Below are positions 58,754-64,000 of a stretch of 64,000 nucleotides of DNA, piece after piece. The stretch is from an uncultured Alphaproteobacteria bacterium (lineage in GTDB: Bacteria; Pseudomonadota; Alphaproteobacteria; Rs-D84; CACZYB01). Position numbers and translations under genes: made by a program. The stretch's first letter is position 1; every line of letters begins with the position of its first letter. The stretch covers positions 32,042 through 96,041 of the forward strand of contig CALXYK010000014.1 of assembly GCA_944392955.1 (NCBI GenBank). Reading direction: 5' to 3'. Under the pieces are notes generated by a model, which was given only the letters and a program-made list of their open reading frames with translations, was not told the DNA's origin and made no database searches.

Positions 58754-59815
58754 TTAAGAATCGGAATCTACAACCGGAACTGCATCATCATCTGCACTAC
58801 TTGGGCTCATATCCAACATTTTTTCATTTATAATGCCAGATTTTTCCTTTATTTTCTTTATAAGTTCTTCTGCAACTTTTGGATTATCCTTTAACCATTG
58901 ACGAGCGTTTTCCTTACCTTGTCCTATGCGTTCAGAATTGTATGAGAACCAAGAGCCTGATTTTTCAATTATGCCAGCTTGAACACCCAATTCTAAAATT
59001 TCACCTTCGCGAGAAATTCCATGGTTATACATAATATCAAAGTCAACTGTTTTAAATGGTGGAGCAACCTTATTTTTAACAATTTTTACACGAGTTTCGT
59101 TTCCTATTACATTCTCCTTGTCCTTGATAGAGCCAGTTCTTCTGATATCCATACGAACAGAAGAATAGAACTTTAATGCATTTCCACCAGTTGTTGTTTC
59201 TGGATTTCCAAACATTATTCCTATCTTCATACGAATCTGGTTAATAAATATGACAAGAGCATTTGATTTTGATACAGATGCGGTTAACTTCCTTAATGCC
59301 TGAGACATAAGGCGAGCTTGTAAACCAACATGTTGATCCCCCATATCACCTTCTAATTCAACCTTTGGAACAAGAGCGGCAACAGAATCGACTACCAAAA
59401 CATCTATGGCACCGGAACGAACCAAAGTGTCAGCTATTTCCAAAGCCTGTTCACCAGAATCAGGTTGTGAAATTATAAGATTATCTATATCAACACCTAT
59501 TCTTTTTGCATATGCAGGATCAAGAGCATGCTCTGCATCAACAAAAGCACAAGTTCCACCTACCTTTTGAGCTTCGGCTATTACATGTAATGTCAATGTA
59601 GTTTTTCCTGAACTTTCTGGACCATAAATTTCAACTATACGACCACGAGGAAGTCCACCTATACCTAATGCAATATCAAGACCCAAAGAACCTGTTGAAA
59701 TAGAAGGGATTTCAATTCCTTCCTGTTCACCCAATTTCATTATAGATCCCTTTCCAAATGATTTTTCAATTTGTGAAAGTGCCGCTTCTAATGCTTTTTG
59801 TTTGTTGTCTGACAT
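58754..59815 (-). CDS. recA: Recombinase RecA
   Basis: 353 aa with '[10 protein letters not shown]', 'FVDAEHALD' and '[10 protein letters not shown]'. Confidence 0.97.
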   Translation of the reverse strand: MSDNKQKALEAALSQIEKSFGKGSIMKLGEQEGIEIPSISTGSLGLDIALGIGGLPRGRIVEIYGPESSGKTTLTLHVIAEAQKVGGTCAFVDAEHALDPAYAKRIGVDIDNLIISQPDSGEQALEIADTLVRSGAIDVLVVDSVAALVPKVELEGDMGDQHVGLQARLMSQALRKLTASVSKSNALVIFINQIRMKIGIMFGNPETTTGGNALKFYSSVRMDIRRTGSIKDKENVIGNETRVKIVKNKVAPPFKTVDFDIMYNHGISREGEILELGVQAGIIEKSGSWFSYNSERIGQGKENARQWLKDNPKVAEELIKKIKEKSGIINEKMLDMSPSSADDDAVPVVDSDS

Positions 59816-59834
59816 ACTAATCTCCTTTTCTTTT

Positions 59835-59849
59835 GTTCTTATTATGTTC
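59835..59849 (-). promoter_or_regulatory. Alphaproteobacterial-type SOS (LexA) box upstream of recA
   Basis: Plus strand GTTC-TTATTAT-GTTC, which is GAAC-N7-GAAC on the recA strand. It overlaps a putative -10 TAGAAC (59846-59851) that lies 17 nt from TTGCAA (59869-59874). Confidence 0.6.
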
Positions 59850-59897
59850 TAACATATATTTTTTATTTTTGCAACTTTTTTTTTAAATAATATCATT

Positions 59898-60542
59898 TTA
59901 ATACGATCTTATCAACATTGCGATTTTACCTTGAATTTTTACACGTTCTGGTGCAAAAATCCTTGTTTCATAATTAGGATTGGCTGGCTTTAATGCGATG
60001 GATCCATCCTTTTTATATAAATATTTTAAGGTAACTTCTTCGTTATCTATTAATGCAACTACTATTGTGCCATTAGGGGCATCAGATGCCTCTTGTATTA
60101 TAACCCTATCGCCACTATTTATACCTGCATTTATCATAGAATCACCTTCGACCCTTAATGCATAATATTTACCATTGCCTAACATATCAGATGGTATATC
60201 CATGTGTTCCGAAGTATCGGCAATCGCAGTAATAGGTGTTCCAGCGGCAATTTTTCCATACAAAGGAATGCTAACCATTTTTATATTATCATTAACAGGA
60301 ATTGGATTTTTAACATTATCCCCATAATTTTCGGGATACTTTGTTATTTCAAGGGCACGAGCCCTGTTAGGAATTTGCCTAATAAATCCCCTTTCTTCAA
60401 GGCTTTTTATCAAACGATGTATTCCAGATTTGGATTTAAGACCTATTAGTTCCTTCATTTCTTCATAAGAAGGGCAAACACCATCTTTTTTAAGGCTTTC
60501 ATCAATTATCATAAATAATTTTAATTGTTGTTTTGTTAGCAT
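59898..60542 (-). CDS. lexA: SOS repressor LexA
   Basis: 214 aa. Winged-helix N-terminus, cleavage site 'KIAAGTP', and S24 peptidase residues Ser in 'GDSM' and Lys in 'TLKYL'. Confidence 0.95.
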   Translation of the reverse strand: MLTKQQLKLFMIIDESLKKDGVCPSYEEMKELIGLKSKSGIHRLIKSLEERGFIRQIPNRARALEITKYPENYGDNVKNPIPVNDNIKMVSIPLYGKIAAGTPITAIADTSEHMDIPSDMLGNGKYYALRVEGDSMINAGINSGDRVIIQEASDAPNGTIVVALIDNEEVTLKYLYKKDGSIALKPANPNYETRIFAPERVKIQGKIAMLIRSY

Positions 60543-60577
60543 TTTAAGCCTCCATTTTTATATTTCTTACACTAAAT

Positions 60578-60606
60578 ATTCTACATTTGTTCTCGTTCTT
60601 TGTCAA
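60578..60606 (-). promoter_or_regulatory. lexA promoter with embedded GAAC repeats (autoregulatory SOS box)
   Basis: Minus strand: TTGACA (60601-60606), 17-nt spacer AAGAACGAGAACAAATG, TAGAAT (60578-60583). GAAC-N7-GAAT spans the spacer and -10, and an extra GAAC lies 2 nt upstream. Confidence 0.55.
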
Positions 60607-60642
60607 GTATAAATATCATAGATTGTATTTTGTGCGAAAAAT

Positions 60643-61011
60643 TTACTGATTTTTTTTAGTTGGGAAAGAATCAAATATATTTTTTAAACATTGTTTTTGT
60701 TGAAAGGATAAATTGCTTAATAACTTATATGCCTCTATATATTTTTCAAGTTCGTTGAATGCATCCTGTATTCGTTCATTAGTTATTCCTATTACAAAAT
60801 AAGTGATATCTACCTTTAAAATTTCAGACACTTTAATAAGTAGATCCATTCCAATTTTACTTTGCCCTTCTTCAATCTTTTCTAGTAAATTTAGAGGGAT
60901 TGATAATTTTTTGGAAAAAGATTTCCTTGAAATTTTTTTTAACATACGTTGTTTATAAATTCTTTTCCCTATTTCTTCGTATGGATTTACAAGTTTTATA
61001 TCTGTATACAT
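60643..61011 (-). CDS. XRE family helix-turn-helix regulator
   Basis: 122 aa. 'IGKRIYKQRMLKKISRKSFSKKLSIPLNLLEKIEEGQ' fits the HTH_XRE pattern. Confidence 0.75.
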   Translation of the reverse strand: MYTDIKLVNPYEEIGKRIYKQRMLKKISRKSFSKKLSIPLNLLEKIEEGQSKIGMDLLIKVSEILKVDITYFVIGITNERIQDAFNELEKYIEAYKLLSNLSFQQKQCLKNIFDSFPTKKNQ

Positions 61012-61070
61012 ATTAACCTCCTATAAAAAAGTTGATGACTATTAAAAAAAATAGTGTTATATAAATACCT

Positions 61071-61148
61071 AAGTATTGTTACTATACTTATTATATACAT
61101 ATATTTTTATGTTTGTAAAGTATAAAAACATATTTTTATATGTAAAAG
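61071..61148. promoter_or_regulatory. Operator-like repeats in the divergent XRE intergenic region
   Basis: Inverted repeat TAAGTAT-N5-ATACTTA (61070-61090), a third AAGTAT at 61118, and an imperfect ~20-bp direct repeat CATAT(AT)TTTTAT(G/A)T..GTAAA(A)G at 61098-61120 and 61129-61148. The AT-rich background lowers the significance. Confidence 0.25.
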
Positions 61149-61157
61149 GAGAGAAAA

Positions 61158-61613
61158 TTGGAAGAAAGACTTAAAAAAATTAGGGAAAACCTAGGAAAAA
61201 CACAAAAAGAAATGTCTTCTTTGTTAGGTTTGGGTGAAATTACCTGGCAAAATTATGAAAGAGGTATTTCAAAACCTAAACTTGCTGTATTGGAAAAACT
61301 TTCTTCTATGGGATATGATATTTCATGGATAACAACTGGTGTTGGAAATATGATGTCAGCACAAGTTTTTGAAAACTCTCAACCTATATTTTCAAATAAT
61401 GCTAATAATATTGATAAATCTAAAATATTTAATCTAATACTTAATGAACTAGAAAATATATATTCTGAACAAGATTTGTTATCAAAACCTAAAAACTTTT
61501 TATCTATTAGGGCATTTGAAATGACTATGAATATTTCTAATCTTGCCGATGATAATACTACTGCATTAAATATGGCAAAATTAATGCTTATTGATGAAAA
61601 TAATAAAAAGTAA
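61158..61613 (+). CDS. XRE/CI-like helix-turn-helix regulator (TTG start)
   Basis: 151 aa. 'LKKIRENLGKTQKEMSSLLGLGEITWQNYERG' is the HTH. The C-terminal ~80 aa has no S24 peptidase motif. GGAGAG SD upstream. Confidence 0.7.
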   Translation: MEERLKKIRENLGKTQKEMSSLLGLGEITWQNYERGISKPKLAVLEKLSSMGYDISWITTGVGNMMSAQVFENSQPIFSNNANNIDKSKIFNLILNELENIYSEQDLLSKPKNFLSIRAFEMTMNISNLADDNTTALNMAKLMLIDENNKK

Positions 61614-61697
61614 TAAATCCTAGGAAATCCTTCGTATTGCTTTTGTATTTTTATATTCTATTATGAATTTCGTTATTTATTATTACGAGGTTTATAA

Positions 61698-62153
61698 ATG
61701 GCTACTTATTACATAGTTTCTGGTGGATTTGATCCCTTACACGAAGGACATGTGGATAATATAAAAGAAAGTCTTTTGGAATCAAATGGTGTGATTGCTC
61801 TTGTTAACAGCGATGAATGGTTATGCCGAAAAAAAGGGCAAAATTTTATGAATTTCAAAACAAGAAGCACAGTCGTAGGAGCATTAAAAGGTGTTATTGA
61901 TATAATTGCTTTTGATGATACTGATAATAGTGCATGTGATGGTTTGAAAAAAGCAAGACTTAAATATCCTAATGACAATCTTGTATTTGCAAAAGGTGGG
62001 GATAGAAATGCTGATAATATACCTGAGATAGATTGCTGTAATAAACTGGGTATCACAATAAAATATAATGTAGGTTCAAAAATTTCTGGATCTCAAAAAC
62101 CTAACTCTTCGTCCTGGATATTAAAAAATTGGGATGATAGAAAGCGAAAATAA
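61698..62153 (+). CDS. Cytidylyltransferase-fold nucleotidyltransferase (HldE domain II / glycerol-3-phosphate cytidylyltransferase-like)
   Basis: 151 aa. 'SGGFDPLHEGHV' is the (H/T)xGH motif. 'KGGD' is also present. Confidence 0.7.
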   Translation: MATYYIVSGGFDPLHEGHVDNIKESLLESNGVIALVNSDEWLCRKKGQNFMNFKTRSTVVGALKGVIDIIAFDDTDNSACDGLKKARLKYPNDNLVFAKGGDRNADNIPEIDCCNKLGITIKYNVGSKISGSQKPNSSSWILKNWDDRKRK

Positions 62154-62326
62154 GTAAGTTCATAAAAAATTTTCTACTATATATATCTTTGATATATATT
62201 AGATTTTTATTTTGTATAAACAAATAGTTAGGAATTTGTTCTTGTTGCTTATTTTATTCCAAAATGTATATAATTTGCCTTGATAAATTGAGTTATATGT
62301 CTAACTATTTTTAAGGATTAAGATAA

Positions 62327-63298
62327 ATGAAACAACCTTTTGTATCAATAATTGTTCCTGTTTATAATGTGGAAAATTATATAAGTGATTGTCTTAATTC
62401 TTTAATCAATCAAACTTTAAAAAATATAGAAATAATACTGGTAGATGATGGTTCATCTGATAGCAGTGGAAAAATATGCGATAATTATGCCAAAAAAGAT
62501 AAAAGAATAGTTGTAATTCATCAAAAAAACAAAAAACAAGGTGGGGCAAGAAATACCGGCATTGAAATTGCAAGGGGGAAATATATAACCTTTGTTGATA
62601 GTGATGATTGGGTAAAAAATGATTTTGCTGAAAAACTTTATAACAAAGCAATACAAACAAATGCCGACATAGTGATATGTGATTATCAAAGGACAAAAGG
62701 TAAAAATGTTAAAATTGGAAAATCTAAAATAGAAGCAGAATTATTACTAGATGAGCCTTTTGATTTAAAAAAGTTAGTTAATCAACCTTCCAGACGTATG
62801 TCATTCTTTTTTGTTGTTTGTTGGAATAAGTTATTCAAAAAAAATATTGCTAAAAAATATTTATATTTTCCTGAAAATCTTTCTTTTGAAGATTCCGCAC
62901 CTGTATTAAGAACCTTAGTAATGGCAAAAAAAATTGCTGTTGTAGATGAAAAATTATATTTTTACAGAATATCAAACTCTTTTAGCACAACTCATTCAAA
63001 AGATATCCGAAAATTTGATTTGTTTAAGGTGCAAGATATTATAATAAATGATTTAAAAAATTTTGATTTTGGAAATTTTAAATCTTTATCTATTACATTT
63101 ATGATAAAAGATTTATTTAAGAATTTTAGAACTATTGAACCTTCTTTGCGTCTTAATTTCTATCATGAAATGAAAAATACTTTTAAACGTTTACAACAAT
63201 ACAACTATCTTAAATTTGCTGACAGAAAATATAGGTTAAAAAGTTGGTTTGTTATAAATACCAATTATCCAATATCGTGTTTAATTTCCAAAATATGA
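62327..63298 (+). CDS. Family 2 glycosyltransferase
   Basis: 323 aa with 'VSIIVPVYNVENYI', 'ILVDDGSSD' and DxD 'FVDSDD'. Confidence 0.85.
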   Translation: MKQPFVSIIVPVYNVENYISDCLNSLINQTLKNIEIILVDDGSSDSSGKICDNYAKKDKRIVVIHQKNKKQGGARNTGIEIARGKYITFVDSDDWVKNDFAEKLYNKAIQTNADIVICDYQRTKGKNVKIGKSKIEAELLLDEPFDLKKLVNQPSRRMSFFFVVCWNKLFKKNIAKKYLYFPENLSFEDSAPVLRTLVMAKKIAVVDEKLYFYRISNSFSTTHSKDIRKFDLFKVQDIIINDLKNFDFGNFKSLSITFMIKDLFKNFRTIEPSLRLNFYHEMKNTFKRLQQYNYLKFADRKYRLKSWFVINTNYPISCLISKI

Positions 63299-63305
63299 GA
63301 AAAAA

Positions 63306-64000
63306 ATGAAACTAAGTGTTATTACTATTTGTTATAATGAAAAAAATATAAGAAGGACTTGTGAAAGTATAAAAAATCAAACCTTCAAAGATTTTCAATG
63401 GATTGTAATTGATGGCAAGTCCAATAAAAAAATCTTAAATATTATAAATGAGTATCGCCAATATATAGATATATTTGTTTCCGAAAAGGATAAAGGTGTA
63501 TATGATGCAATGAATAAGGGAATTTCATATGCAAAAGGTAAATATATATCATTTATGAATGCGGGTGATACCTTTTACAATTATACTATATTAGAAGAAA
63601 TATTTAAAAATAAATCTTATAATTATGATATAATATATGGAAATGCAAACATAATAAATGGACAAGGTAAACAGCATATAGAATATCCACCAAAGTATAT
63701 AACTAAATCTTTTTTTATATATGGAGGACTTAATCATCAGGCAACATTTATTAAAAAATCCTTGTTCACAAAATATGGAAATTATGACCTTAAATATAAA
63801 ATTGCATCAGATTATGAAAAGTTTTTAAAGCTTATTTCTTTTGGTGCATCGTTTCAATATATAAATAAGGTTATTGTAAATTATTATACTGATGGACTTT
63901 CGGCAAACCTTGTAAATACAGATAAGGAACGGGAAATCATTAAAACAAAATATTTTTCCAAACAAGAAATTAACGAATTTTATAATACTAAAAATAAGAT
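63306..64000 (+). CDS. Family 2 glycosyltransferase, 3' end beyond the window
   Basis: Not in the track because there is no stop in the window. ATG at 63306 reads 'MKLSVITICYNEKN...WIVIDGKS...DKGVYDAMNKG...FMNAGD'. Confidence 0.8.
   Translation, partial: MKLSVITICYNEKNIRRTCESIKNQTFKDFQWIVIDGKSNKKILNIINEYRQYIDIFVSEKDKGVYDAMNKGISYAKGKYISFMNAGDTFYNYTILEEIFKNKSYNYDIIYGNANIINGQGKQHIEYPPKYITKSFFIYGGLNHQATFIKKSLFTKYGNYDLKYKIASDYEKFLKLISFGASFQYINKVIVNYYTDGLSANLVNTDKEREIIKTKYFSKQEINEFYNTKNK

Noticed and set aside
1-64000. Search for CRISPR arrays, IS elements, integrases, prophage blocks and integration at the tRNA-Cys 3' end.
   Set aside because: No regularly spaced direct repeats and no transposase, integrase or recombinase-like ORFs were seen. 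tRNA-Cys is followed by infC, not by an island.
1-64000. Possible stop-codon reassignment (UGA as Trp), as in some reduced AT-rich genomes.
   Set aside because: RF2 is present with its UGA-dependent frameshift site. Several well-aligned genes end at TGA (e.g. 13900, 63296), and no conserved gene is broken by an in-frame TGA.

Overview
Strongly AT-rich, gene-dense bacterial chromosome segment with about 60 protein genes, one tRNA and the SRP RNA. No rRNA, CRISPR array, transposase, integrase or obvious prophage was seen. Content is almost entirely housekeeping:
- Translation: class I lysS, pheST, rpmI-rplT, rimP-nusA-infB, prfB, alaS, tyrS, serS, infC, tRNA-Cys, ffs.
- Cell wall and division: a partial dcw cluster (mraZ-rsmH-ftsL-ftsI-mraY-murD-ftsW-murG-murC-murB) plus murJ, ddl, a murF-like gene, dacA-like and M23 peptidase genes.
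- Envelope: bamD, lpxK and several lipoproteins.
- Replication and repair: tmk-holB, dnaX-ybaB, topA, recA, lexA.
- Lipid synthesis: fabD-fabG.
- The last ~3.5 kb switches to an accessory-looking region: a divergent XRE regulator pair, a cytidylyltransferase-fold gene and two GT2 glycosyltransferases.

Lineage clues suggest an AT-rich alphaproteobacterium, possibly host-associated; this is inference only. The clues are class I LysRS, a DUF3126-like small protein, GTTC-N7-GTTC SOS boxes and an alphaproteobacterial-type DnaX C-terminus.

I did not find a clear multi-gene novel system. The most interesting items are:
1. dnaX is split exactly at an A10 tract. The +1 frame continues into a tau-like C-terminal domain, so this is either candidate programmed slippage or a homopolymer error.
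2. A MurF-like ligase has its N-terminal domain replaced by a polytopic membrane domain. It is translationally coupled to an alpha/beta hydrolase and lies outside a dcw cluster that lacks murE and murF.
3. An orphan Cys- and Ser-rich secreted protein overlaps the prfB start by ATGA.
4. Four ACCATA direct repeats with 10-bp spacing overlap the mraZ promoter and are candidate MraZ operators.
5. tRNA-Cys and infC appear co-transcribed, with a non-AUG infC start.

Several ORF-track models need correction: prfB +1 frameshift, infC start, dacA start, and the starts of two small proteins and one lipoprotein.
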